Positions 25,126 through 33,994 of a stretch of DNA of 33,994 nt are shown here, piece by piece; position 1 is the stretch's first letter, and each line of letters opens with the position of its first letter. Location of the stretch: IMG/VR virus record IMGVR_UViG_3300028920_001041; one strand, given 5' to 3'. The stretch comes from an uncultured virus (IMG/VR IMGVR_UViG_3300028920_001041) (taxonomy: Duplodnaviria > Heunggongvirae > Uroviricota > Caudoviricetes). Both the position numbers and the translations under genes were made by a program. The notes under the pieces are model-generated. The model was not told where the DNA came from, did not search any database, and saw only the letters and a program-made list of their open reading frames with translations.

Positions 25126-26060
25126 TCGTTATAGAAGAAAAAGATAAGTTAGCCCTAAAAGTTCCACCAAAGAATCTTGCATTCGCTGAATTAAATCCTA
25201 TTGTTGTCCCTGCAGATTTTTCTGACGCCAAAAAGATTGGTATAATAATGAATAAATTAGCATGTACTCAATATCCCATGTATATATCGAGAGTAGGTGA
25301 TACACTTAAAATGGAGTTTAGTGAACGACTTGCTCGAAGTTCATACATAACACCCGGAGGGAATGAAGAGTTAAGAATACCGATAAAGGTAGATGCTGAT
25401 GATTCATGTATTTTAAATATCAATACAAGAGACAATTTATTTAGAACAGAGTATACTAAAGAACTTTTCTTAACTCCTAATAAAGATAACCCGTATCTAC
25501 AACATTTAAAAGAAGAAATAAAATACACAATGACAGCAAGAAGCTTCCTAAGATACATACCAACTCAAGATGAGAGTGGTAACAATGTCAACGTATTTCA
25601 AACGGGTAATAACTTTTATAGTTTTATTAAGTTCTTCGAAGAAGTAATGGGTACTAAAGTTCTCGACCTATGCGGTATTCAAGATTTTAACAACCCAAGT
25701 AACGCTGTTAATATAAGTATTGCAGACTTTTGTAAATTATGTAAAAATTCGTTTATGGAAGATATGACATTACCAACTACAGATGCAGTTAATACATTAA
25801 TTGATGATCTTATTTATATGGGTGACTCTAAAATTGAACGCATTCAAGCTGGAATATTAAGAGTAACCAGAACATTTGGTAAATGGGGAGGTTGCAGAAT
25901 CTATCTTGGAGGAACAATAGTCTGTAATGAATATTCTCTTTCCAGATTTAGATATATGTTTCACCCAGGCATTCAACTTGTTGCTAAATATTTAGAAAAA
26001 TACAGTAAAGTAAGACTGATTAATCATAAGATTCAAAAAGAAATGTTTAAGAAACTGTAA
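25122..26060 (+). CDS. Hypothetical protein
   Basis: ATGA-coupled to the primase gene; 312 aa. Confidence 0.8.
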   Translation: MIVIEEKDKLALKVPPKNLAFAELNPIVVPADFSDAKKIGIIMNKLACTQYPMYISRVGDTLKMEFSERLARSSYITPGGNEELRIPIKVDADDSCILNINTRDNLFRTEYTKELFLTPNKDNPYLQHLKEEIKYTMTARSFLRYIPTQDESGNNVNVFQTGNNFYSFIKFFEEVMGTKVLDLCGIQDFNNPSNAVNISIADFCKLCKNSFMEDMTLPTTDAVNTLIDDLIYMGDSKIERIQAGILRVTRTFGKWGGCRIYLGGTIVCNEYSLSRFRYMFHPGIQLVAKYLEKYSKVRLINHKIQKEMFKKL

Positions 26061-26069
26061 GGGGATAAC

Positions 26070-26864
26070 ATGGGACAAATATCAATTCAAGGTGGTGAAC
26101 AACACAATGCGAATCGTATTAAAACTGTGTTTAAGATTTGTAGTAGTAAAAAGATTAATAAGGTAATGGAATATGAGGGCGAGTATATGATATTATATGA
26201 AAACACTGGATTTCGTACAGAAAACAATAATATCACTATTATACCTGAAACATTATTCTTAGTAAATCATAAGAAGCTTATTGTCAGTGATTTTATAGAT
26301 ATTGATCTGAAATATTTTCCCCTCATTATTGAGAAATTTGAGAAAATCTTCCCTCACATATATAGATACATATGTGATCATAATATTGAAAGTGTAAGAA
26401 TTAAACCTAGTACAAATATAACTGAAGCTAATATTAATAGAATTGATATGGGATTAAAAGATATTAAGGATATAACAGAGATATTAATGAATCAAGATAG
26501 CGCAGAATCATTAGATTTGTTTGTTGCGGCAGAATTAGTTCGAAGATTTTATATGGGGGAGAAAGATTATATAGGTGGATTCCTTATATATAAATCAGCA
26601 TTGAAATATATTAAAGCAATGGTTAAAGAGAAATTAATCAGCGACTTTATATTCGAAAAGATAGAAAGTAACCCTGATATCGTTAATAACGACAACTTTT
26701 TTAAAGGTTCTGAAGGCAAGTTTGTGTTTAAAGTATTTGACAATGAAATATTAATATCTGCAAAGAAGTCGACATACCTAGATAACTTAGATTTAAAATT
26801 CTTAAGTACAATATCAACGGTCGGCAATTTATTGAATGAAAAAAGATTCGGGAGGAATAATTAA
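26070..26864 (+). CDS. Hypothetical protein
   Basis: 264 aa; TAATG-coupled to the topoisomerase A subunit. Confidence 0.8.
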   Translation: MGQISIQGGEQHNANRIKTVFKICSSKKINKVMEYEGEYMILYENTGFRTENNNITIIPETLFLVNHKKLIVSDFIDIDLKYFPLIIEKFEKIFPHIYRYICDHNIESVRIKPSTNITEANINRIDMGLKDIKDITEILMNQDSAESLDLFVAAELVRRFYMGEKDYIGGFLIYKSALKYIKAMVKEKLISDFIFEKIESNPDIVNNDNFFKGSEGKFVFKVFDNEILISAKKSTYLDNLDLKFLSTISTVGNLLNEKRFGRNN

Positions 26865-28309
26865 TGCATAAAGTTATACCAATTTTCTATTCAGAATACG
26901 GAAGATATATATCACGATTTCGAGCTGTTCCGTTATATGCGGACGCATTGAAACCAGTTGAAAGAAGATTGCTTCTGAGTTTAAATCAAGTAGCTAAAAA
27001 TAAATTTGTTAAAAGCGCCAAAGTTATTGGTCATGTAATCGGTACATATCATCCACATGGTGACGCCAGTGCATATGGTACACTTGTTGATATGGTTAAA
27101 CGAGGAATGGTTCAAGGAGAAGGCAATTTTGGAGTCAGTGGTTTGGAAGATGATCCACCAGCAGCAATGAGATATACAGAAGTTAAATCTCAATCGTGGA
27201 TTAACGAAATGGCTTTTAAATATTGTAAACCAGAATTTGTTCCATGGGAAGATTTAGAATTAGATCCTGAACCTATATATTTGCCCTCTCCTCTTCCAAT
27301 AGGATTAATTGGAGAAGGAATCATAACAGGAATATCATTTTACACAACAACAATTCCAAGGTATAATTATAAAGATCTTACTAAACGACTGGTGTGGTTA
27401 TTAGAAGAAACAAAAGGAGAATTATCAACATTTGCTGTTGATTGGGATACACCTCTTGATCCTAAACACTTTGGTCCTGAAATACGACCAGCAATTAGTA
27501 ATTGTTCCATGATTGAGAATGAACCAAATTCGTTCTATAAACTCCTATTGACAGGAGAAGCATCATTAAGGATAGTTCCTGCAGGAGATATAGATACAAA
27601 GAAAAAGATTATTCATATTAAAGGTAAAGCTCCACTTAGACACGGATTCAATGTGCTAACTAAAAAGTGTGACGGAATCGATTCTAAAGGGAAATCTACG
27701 AAAACTGGAAAGATTGATGCTAACATTAAGGATCTTAGTAAAGCATCAACGGACGTTGCAATATTCCCCGAAAAACCTAGATCTCAAGATTTAAATGCTT
27801 TAGCAGCACAAGTATGGGAAGTTGTGAGCCCGAACATTAATTTTAATTGTCAATTCTGTTCTGAAGATGGTAAACTATTTCTATTAGGAATTGATAAGAT
27901 TCTATTAGCTTCATATAATAAATGGGTTCAGGCAGTCATGAGAAAGAAAGCCCATGATTGTAATTCATTATATGATAAATTCTTTGACACCCATATTATA
28001 CATTATATAAGACAGTTAGATTTAAAAACTATTACATCGGTTGATGATATAGTTACCGCATTTGTTAAACAAAAAAATATACCTAATATTAATTGTCAAC
28101 GAGTTGATTTAAATAGCGGCAAATCTCATATAGATAATAGATCAATTACAGAGGAAGATGTGAGAAGAGTTTGCACTAATAAAAACATTAGACAATTAAT
28201 TGAGGTCGCTCTAGATTTCAACAAAATACAATCTGACATTAATTCTATAAAAACCAGTATTGCAACTAATGATATTGAATGTTTAAATGAACTTAAAACA
28301 TTATTATAA
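26864..28309 (+). CDS. gyrA: Type IIA topoisomerase subunit A (GyrA/ParC-like), no C-terminal pinwheel
   Basis: DALKPVERR, KSAKVIG..YHPHGDAS, GNFG, AAMRYTE (catalytic Tyr); only 481 aa. Confidence 0.9.
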   Translation: MHKVIPIFYSEYGRYISRFRAVPLYADALKPVERRLLLSLNQVAKNKFVKSAKVIGHVIGTYHPHGDASAYGTLVDMVKRGMVQGEGNFGVSGLEDDPPAAMRYTEVKSQSWINEMAFKYCKPEFVPWEDLELDPEPIYLPSPLPIGLIGEGIITGISFYTTTIPRYNYKDLTKRLVWLLEETKGELSTFAVDWDTPLDPKHFGPEIRPAISNCSMIENEPNSFYKLLLTGEASLRIVPAGDIDTKKKIIHIKGKAPLRHGFNVLTKKCDGIDSKGKSTKTGKIDANIKDLSKASTDVAIFPEKPRSQDLNALAAQVWEVVSPNINFNCQFCSEDGKLFLLGIDKILLASYNKWVQAVMRKKAHDCNSLYDKFFDTHIIHYIRQLDLKTITSVDDIVTAFVKQKNIPNINCQRVDLNSGKSHIDNRSITEEDVRRVCTNKNIRQLIEVALDFNKIQSDINSIKTSIATNDIECLNELKTLL

Positions 28310-28320
28310 GGAGAAATATT

Positions 28321-28758
28321 ATGTCGGACAAACCTGGAATCATTGTTAAACAATGTGCTGGATGTAATGAATGGTTTACTTCAAATGAAGATCTAGCAAT
28401 CAGAGATGGTAAACCATTTCATCCTCGATGTGTTGAAACATATGTACATAATAAAGATATTACAGAATTCAAAATACATCATTCATACCTAAATGATGGT
28501 ATTGTTAGTAAATTAATCGAATCTGTTGGATATAATTCAGCCTTAACAATATTCAATGATAACCCTTGGGTTATTATAACAGGTAATTCAGAGGAGGCAT
28601 TTGTTCACCCGGCAGCGGATCAATCAGGAGTAGAAGAATTTATAGAACATCATCATGAAAATCCTGAGGATCCATATGATGAAATAATAAGCATTTGGAA
28701 TAACGGTACAGAATATAATTATTCAGTTAGTGTAACCGTTGCTCTAACTCAAACATAA
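28321..28758 (+). CDS. Protein with an N-terminal LIM-like Zn finger
   Basis: CAGC...DGKPFHPRC. Confidence 0.7.
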   Translation: MSDKPGIIVKQCAGCNEWFTSNEDLAIRDGKPFHPRCVETYVHNKDITEFKIHHSYLNDGIVSKLIESVGYNSALTIFNDNPWVIITGNSEEAFVHPAADQSGVEEFIEHHHENPEDPYDEIISIWNNGTEYNYSVSVTVALTQT

Positions 28759-28764
28759 TAGTGA

Positions 28765-28801
28765 ATCGGCGGAGGGGTAACTCTCCGCTGATCCAAATTT
28801 T
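28765..28801 (+). terminator. Intrinsic terminator
   Basis: ATCGGCGGAGGG-gtaa-CTCTCCGCTGAT. Confidence 0.75.
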
Positions 28802-28802
28802 A

Positions 28803-28824
28803 TTTCTTAATATATAAAGAAATA
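28803..28824 (+). promoter_or_regulatory. Putative class A promoter of the clamp loader
   Basis: TTTC-N6-TATAAAGAAATA. Confidence 0.6.
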
Positions 28825-28851
28825 TGTATATAAAACGCAAAGGAGATTTAT

Positions 28852-29865
28852 ATGCCGATAACACCGTCAACTGTTTGGTTTGAAAGGTACAGGCCGCAAG
28901 ATATTGATTCTATGTTGTGGCCTAAAATTGATGATAAAAATATTGTTCAAGGATGGTTCACTAATAACAAAATTGATGGTAATATTCTATTATCTGGGGC
29001 AGCAGGTACAGGCAAAACAACCTTAGCAGAGATTTTAGTTAAACATTTTATTAAAGTTCAAAATGATTTATTTAGAATGAAATCTCGTAGTGTTAAGGAA
29101 GTTGATGAAAAACTCAAACCTTTCCTTATAAAGCAACCTATTAAGAGTGCTATAAAAATTGTGTACATAGAAGAATTCGATAGATTATCTGATGCAGCAG
29201 AAGCTGAATTAAAAGAAGGATTGATGGAGAAATATTCAGATCATTGTATTTATATTGCTTGCACAAATCATCCTAAATCAATAGAAGAAGCAGTTCTAAC
29301 TAGATTTAGTTATAAATTCGATTTTAACGCCGTTAAAGATATTGACGCTATATCACAAAGATTAGTACATATTTTAACAACTGAGGGAGCAACACCAGAT
29401 CTAGAAAGAATTAAGGCATTCGTAGAAGAAAATTATCGACTAGGTATGAGAGAAATGATTAACTTATTCCAAGTTAATTATAACGCCAATAATAAAGCAA
29501 TCAATTATGATTCATTAGAAGCTGCGGCAAAATTTGATGAAAATCTAATTAAGATATTGTTAAACATTATCGAAACTGTTATGGGAATTAATGATTCTAA
29601 AACAAGAAAAATGTGTTCTACAAGACCAATGAATACAATAATATCAGATTCATATACTCAATTTACAACATTGGTATTAAATAATTCATTTGATATTAAT
29701 TATGGTTATGTGTTTGATAAATTGTACACGACAATAGATCATCTCCCTATTAAACATATTGTTGGTAGATATGCTCAAACTCTTGGCGGTAAGAAATTTC
29801 CACAATATCATTTAGAAGCATGCTTAACTGATGTAATTAAATGTTGCGCGGAGGCAATGTTATGA
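28852..29865 (+). CDS. Clamp loader AAA+ subunit (RFC / T4 gp44-like)
   Basis: WFERYRP, GAAGTGKTT, YIEEFDRLS, CTNHP, AVLTRF. Confidence 0.92.
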   Translation: MPITPSTVWFERYRPQDIDSMLWPKIDDKNIVQGWFTNNKIDGNILLSGAAGTGKTTLAEILVKHFIKVQNDLFRMKSRSVKEVDEKLKPFLIKQPIKSAIKIVYIEEFDRLSDAAEAELKEGLMEKYSDHCIYIACTNHPKSIEEAVLTRFSYKFDFNAVKDIDAISQRLVHILTTEGATPDLERIKAFVEENYRLGMREMINLFQVNYNANNKAINYDSLEAAAKFDENLIKILLNIIETVMGINDSKTRKMCSTRPMNTIISDSYTQFTTLVLNNSFDINYGYVFDKLYTTIDHLPIKHIVGRYAQTLGGKKFPQYHLEACLTDVIKCCAEAML

Positions 29866-29987
29866 TAATATATAGATTGCCTTAACAAATAGTCATAAAT
29901 GTCAATCATTATAAATAACGATATATGATATCATAAACCCTTCTCACAGGAGGTAATCACTATGAAATCGCGAGGATAAACAAGAAG

Positions 29988-30926
29988 ATGGAGACAACAA
30001 CTTTCTACAACAACTTACTAGAGCTATACAGTAGGATAAGTTTCTATCCGCAATATTCAGAGATATCAACATTAGATAAACATATCGCATACTATTTAGC
30101 GGACTATCAAGATCAATTTATATCCGCCAGAAAAGAATCAGATAACAAAATTATTGAACTTGATATTAAATCTGCATTTCCTACTATTTGTCGGAATCTT
30201 TTCGGAGAAGAATCAGAGTTTGTGCGAAAAATGGATAGCATTGAGAAGAAACGAGAAAGATTAATTTATATTGCGACGACTCTTAAAGAAGCGGGGGATT
30301 ACCTTATACAATTAAACATTATGTGTAAAATGATTGTATTAGGTACAATTTCAGAATTATTACCCGATGATAATTTTCTTATATTTGAATTAAAAAAAGA
30401 TGGTATATTATTTACATGTTCAGGACAATCATTAGAACGATTAAAAACATTGATGCCTATTGAGAACAGTCAACGATTGATTAATATGGATCATGAAAAA
30501 ACTTATAGTCAATTACCATTCAATAAATATTTAATAGAAAAGAACTTTATGTTTCATCTTACAGAGTACATATTTTATTATCGAGGAAATAAAACAAGTA
30601 CTTTTTATAATGAGGATCAAAGTAAACTTATAGTAAAGGGCAGATATAAATATATGCCTAAAAAGATGGAAGAGATTATTTTAAAGATATTATCACTAAC
30701 GCATGATGAGTTAAATCAAATAAGAGAGATTTATACTCCAGAATATCTTAAGATATGTCAACAGAATGGGTTAAACGAAATATTGGATAATTATTATATT
30801 TGTGATAACGACTGTGTGATTAATTCATTAGGTAACTATGTCAAATATAATCACACAGTTCATATTGACCCAATGGTATATTTAATCACGTTTATATATC
30901 CACCGTTATTGGCTACAAAGCTATAA
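29988..30926 (+). CDS. Short divergent family-B-like DNA polymerase palm protein
   Basis: IIELDIKSAFPTIC (motif A-like), LKKDGILF (motif C-like), LIVKG. No exonuclease domain seen. Confidence 0.65.
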   Translation: METTTFYNNLLELYSRISFYPQYSEISTLDKHIAYYLADYQDQFISARKESDNKIIELDIKSAFPTICRNLFGEESEFVRKMDSIEKKRERLIYIATTLKEAGDYLIQLNIMCKMIVLGTISELLPDDNFLIFELKKDGILFTCSGQSLERLKTLMPIENSQRLINMDHEKTYSQLPFNKYLIEKNFMFHLTEYIFYYRGNKTSTFYNEDQSKLIVKGRYKYMPKKMEEIILKILSLTHDELNQIREIYTPEYLKICQQNGLNEILDNYYICDNDCVINSLGNYVKYNHTVHIDPMVYLITFIYPPLLATKL

Positions 30927-30937
30927 GGAATAGATCT

Positions 30938-31813
30938 ATGCATGACATAAACGGAATGAGTGTATCTCAAAAAGCTAGCTTTTCAGAAGAATTAATTGGG
31001 TTGCATATTAAGACATCATTAGCAGGCGATAATAAGTTCTATGTGCTCCCTGTATTTAAAATGAATCCAACGACACAAAGAAACTATCTAGATCTATTTA
31101 CCAACATAGATGTAATTGTTGATGAGACTATATATATTGAATATGATCTAGATGTAAGACCACTTTATGTATCAACTGATTCGGCAGATAAAAGACCGTT
31201 CCTATATTACGGTGCAATTGAGCCCTTCGAAGGATCGAATAGGAAGACATTTTTAATCGAACTTATTGCTAAACCTCAAAATGGATGTAGAGCAATCGTT
31301 AAAGATGGCGATAACTATAATCTCAAGTTATCGAACATTGACATTGTTGCTAATACAAAGCCTCCAATACATTTTCCAAAGAAGAAAGCAATCCAAACTC
31401 AATTGCCTGTAAACGGAGATAAAGACGTTAAACCATTTCTCCCACCTTCTGATATTATAGAAGATCGAACAATCGAACAATTGATTGCAGATGGTGAAGT
31501 AATTACATCATCTGACGCTTCAAGAGATACCACGTTTAAATGGGTTGGGGTAACTAAATCAGGCAAAACGAGTTGGCGAGCGAAATGTAAAGATGTAAAT
31601 TTGGGAACCTTTAGACACCCATGTGACGCAGCTCGTGCTTATAATGATTATGTTATTGACAACGGACTCCCTTATGGGGTAAACAATATTCCTGGGTTCC
31701 TCAAAATGAAATTTGTTAATCAACATACTGAATTTCATTTAGGACAGATTCAGACGTATAAACTCGCAGAAATGATAGCACTTAGAACTAAGCCTGGAGG
31801 AACAGACGGTTAA
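30938..31813 (+). CDS. Protein with a C-terminal AP2 DNA-binding domain
   Basis: FKWV...SWRAK..VNLGTFRHPCDAARAYNDY...N. Confidence 0.75.
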   Translation: MHDINGMSVSQKASFSEELIGLHIKTSLAGDNKFYVLPVFKMNPTTQRNYLDLFTNIDVIVDETIYIEYDLDVRPLYVSTDSADKRPFLYYGAIEPFEGSNRKTFLIELIAKPQNGCRAIVKDGDNYNLKLSNIDIVANTKPPIHFPKKKAIQTQLPVNGDKDVKPFLPPSDIIEDRTIEQLIADGEVITSSDASRDTTFKWVGVTKSGKTSWRAKCKDVNLGTFRHPCDAARAYNDYVIDNGLPYGVNNIPGFLKMKFVNQHTEFHLGQIQTYKLAEMIALRTKPGGTDG

Positions 31814-31872
31814 GTTGATCAATTAACACTGTTTTAACCTACTAAAATCATTAAAGATTTTACTGGCTATAA

Positions 31873-31902
31873 TTTAATATTTAACTTTTTTATATAGAAA
31901 TA
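31873..31902 (+). promoter_or_regulatory. Putative class B promoter of the topoisomerase B subunit
   Basis: TTTAATATTTAA-N6-TATATAGAAATA. Confidence 0.6.
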
Positions 31903-31965
31903 TTATTAGTGACAACCTGAATTTTGTTGAAGTAGTTTTTTATTATTTCTTGTTTGGAGGAAAGT

Positions 31966-33771
31966 ATGTCCTATAAAGCTCTAGATGCAATTACAGCGAT
32001 CCAAACTCGACCAGAGATGTATATCGGTGCAACGGAAACTCCAAATCATCTGGCGACAGAGATCGTTGATAATTCGTTAGATGAATTAGCGAATGGATTT
32101 TCTGATACGCTTAATATCCATATTCAAAATGGGGCATTCTGGATGAGTGACAATGGTCGTGGATTAAAAGTTTACGAAATGGAAGTTCCTGATAAAGGAA
32201 TGATGGATTCAGTCGAAGCTCTATTTACAGTACTTCACTCTGGGTCTAAATTTGATTTGAAAGATTACGATACAATTATTGGAATGCATGGAGTCGGATT
32301 AGTAACAGTAAATGCATTATCAGATTGGGTGGTTGTACGAACGAGGGACCGAAAAAAGAAAACAAAGCTTCATGTCTATACATTCCAACAAGGTAAGTTG
32401 GTAAGTAAAACAGAAGAAAAAAATAATGATTATTCTTTTTCGACCGTCGTAGGCTTTCAACCATCAAAGAGATTCTTTGGTTCCATTGAATTTACTCCTA
32501 GATTCTTTGCGGAGAGATTTGTATTAGTACAAGCTAAATACCCTAAATCAACATTAGTATTCAATGGGAACAAGATTCCAAAGATAACATTCGAAAGATT
32601 TATCCGGAATCAATTACAGTTGAATGGAGAGAATACCTTTAAGCTAGAGAGCACAGGCAAGGTAGGCAAAGGAATAGCTAAAGCCACTGTTATTGCGACT
32701 GTTGTTGAAAATCCAGATTCAATGATTCTAGGCGAAGTCAATTTAAGATTATGTGAAGGAACATACCTAAATTCATTCCAAACAGAATTGAAAAAGCAAA
32801 TTGCGTTAAAAATTGATAAGAAATTTAAGAATGTATCTGCAAACCAGTTGTTGTCGGGATTGAGAGCTTTCGTATCATTGACTGTACCAGAACCGCGGTT
32901 CGATTCTCAAACAAAAGTTAGAATGGTACTTCCAATTAAAAAGCAATTAATCGATACAATGATAGACCAAATTAGTTGGTTTGTAGGCCAAGATGAAATT
33001 GTTAAAACTATCGAAAAGAATTTAGAAAGAAAGTTCTTTACGAAGATTACGAAATCATCTAAGCGATATAGAAAACAAACTTCGGCGGAGAATAAGATCA
33101 AGGATTGTTTAAACATCCCTGGTGATGTATTATATATCCTCGAAGGTGATTCAGCGCTTGGAACTCTAAAGCAGATTCGGCATACCAGTACCGAAGCGAT
33201 TTTCCCCTTAAAAGGAAAAGTGTTGAATGTCGAATCAAATTCACTTGAGAGGATTTCAAAGAATAAAGAAATTCAGGATTTGTTGGAGGCTCTAGGTCCG
33301 AAGAACAATCGGAGATATAAGGGAGTTAAGATAATTGCAGATGCCGATGTCGACGGAGCTCATATCGTAGTACTTGTACTTCTACTGCTTCAAAGATATG
33401 CCGATGATATGATTAAAAGTGGCAGCGTAAGTGTTGTACTACCACCGCTTCATGGTGCTATGAAGGGAAAAAAGTTTATTCCTATATACACCGCAAACCA
33501 GATGGAGAAGTATAAAGCGGAGGGATATGTGATCCAGAGATTTAAAGGTCTTGGTGAGATGTCACCTTCTAAATTAGAGCCTATCATTAGGTCAGGATTT
33601 GAATACGTTGTAACCTGGCCAGAAAACGAGAGAATCCTTAATAACACGATTAGTGTTGTAACTGATACTCAAATTAAAAGAGCAATAATGAATAATGAGA
33701 AGTGCAAATTTGATAACATAATCGCTGATGTTATTAATCAACTTAAATCTAGATTTAACAAGGAGAAATGA
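31966..33771 (+). CDS. gyrB: Type IIA topoisomerase subunit B (GyrB/ParE-like)
   Basis: RPEMYIG, EIVDNSLDE, DNGRG, GMHGVG..VNALS, EGDSA, PLKGKVLNV, DADVDG, RFKGLGEM. ATG at 31966 follows GGAGG. Confidence 0.93.
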   Translation: MSYKALDAITAIQTRPEMYIGATETPNHLATEIVDNSLDELANGFSDTLNIHIQNGAFWMSDNGRGLKVYEMEVPDKGMMDSVEALFTVLHSGSKFDLKDYDTIIGMHGVGLVTVNALSDWVVVRTRDRKKKTKLHVYTFQQGKLVSKTEEKNNDYSFSTVVGFQPSKRFFGSIEFTPRFFAERFVLVQAKYPKSTLVFNGNKIPKITFERFIRNQLQLNGENTFKLESTGKVGKGIAKATVIATVVENPDSMILGEVNLRLCEGTYLNSFQTELKKQIALKIDKKFKNVSANQLLSGLRAFVSLTVPEPRFDSQTKVRMVLPIKKQLIDTMIDQISWFVGQDEIVKTIEKNLERKFFTKITKSSKRYRKQTSAENKIKDCLNIPGDVLYILEGDSALGTLKQIRHTSTEAIFPLKGKVLNVESNSLERISKNKEIQDLLEALGPKNNRRYKGVKIIADADVDGAHIVVLVLLLLQRYADDMIKSGSVSVVLPPLHGAMKGKKFIPIYTANQMEKYKAEGYVIQRFKGLGEMSPSKLEPIIRSGFEYVVTWPENERILNNTISVVTDTQIKRAIMNNEKCKFDNIIADVINQLKSRFNKEK

Positions 33772-33772
33772 C

Positions 33773-33994
33773 ATGGCTCAATTTACACCCCCGTTCGCGG
33801 CACAAGCCGAACAAACACCTGAAACCGCTCCGCCTGCTGCTCCGGCCGCCGCAGTTCCGCCTGCTGCCCCTGCTGCTGCTGCTCCGACCGCCGCAGTTCC
33901 GCCTGCTGCGCCTGCTGCTGATGCTCCGAAGGTGAAGAAAACCATCGAGAGAAAAGCAACACGGACGATCAATAAGGACGACATTCTATTTGTA
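33773..33994 (+). CDS. Partial ORF with a Pro/Ala-rich N-terminus (runs off the window; absent from the ORF track)
   Basis: AAGGAG RBS; MAQFTPPFAAQAEQTPETAPPAAPAAAVPPAAP...KVKKTIERKATRTINKDDILFV. Confidence 0.85.
   Translation, partial: MAQFTPPFAAQAEQTPETAPPAAPAAAVPPAAPAAAAPTAAVPPAAPAADAPKVKKTIERKATRTINKDDILFV

Noticed and set aside
29158..29190. Inactive clamp loader (Walker B reads IEEFD)
   Set aside because: The D-to-E change is conservative, and Walker A, sensor 1 and the Arg finger are retained; not enough to call it inactive.
2439..33774. Many short minus-strand and alternate-frame ORFs in the track
   Set aside because: Nested in long genes with clear motifs; no RBS or motifs of their own.
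33778..33984. Minus-strand Ala/Gly-rich ORF
   Set aside because: Shadow of the + strand Pro/Ala-rich ORF at 33773, which has a good RBS.
1..33994. Alternative genetic code (stop codon reassignment)
   Set aside because: Conserved genes are intact under the standard bacterial code, and TAA, TGA and TAG all end genes directly before the next RBS or start.
1..33994. Cellular chromosome origin (rpoB/rpoC/gyrAB)
   Set aside because: Split beta', no ribosomal gene context, T4-like replication genes and many orphans indicate a virus.

Overview
AT-rich, gene-dense 34 kb segment with nearly all genes on the + strand and strong AGGAG-type ribosome binding sites, most consistent with a jumbo bacteriophage genome. 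Transcription and replication genes: a multisubunit RNA polymerase (C-terminal half of a split beta' and an unsplit beta with a long N-terminal extension), Holliday-junction resolvase, probable sliding clamp, clamp loader, DnaG-type primase, short family-B-like polymerase, and a two-gene type IIA topoisomerase. It also carries queC and queD of the 7-deazaguanine pathway. Highlights: (i) a PRTRC-like ubiquitin conjugation operon (Prok_Ub fused to a Zn ribbon and a histone-H1-like linker, E2 family D, JAB peptidase, ThiF/E1, two orphan ORFs); (ii) a 750-nt GC-richer intergenic region that appears to hold two structured ncRNAs, one directly after a coiled-coil protein gene; (iii) a recurring intergenic motif YATA[TAG]AGAAAT (9 copies, two subclasses), probably the phage RNAP promoter; (iv) several small ORFs missing from the ORF track, including paralogous Trp-rich cationic peptides. 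All family calls come from reading motifs by eye, not from database searches.
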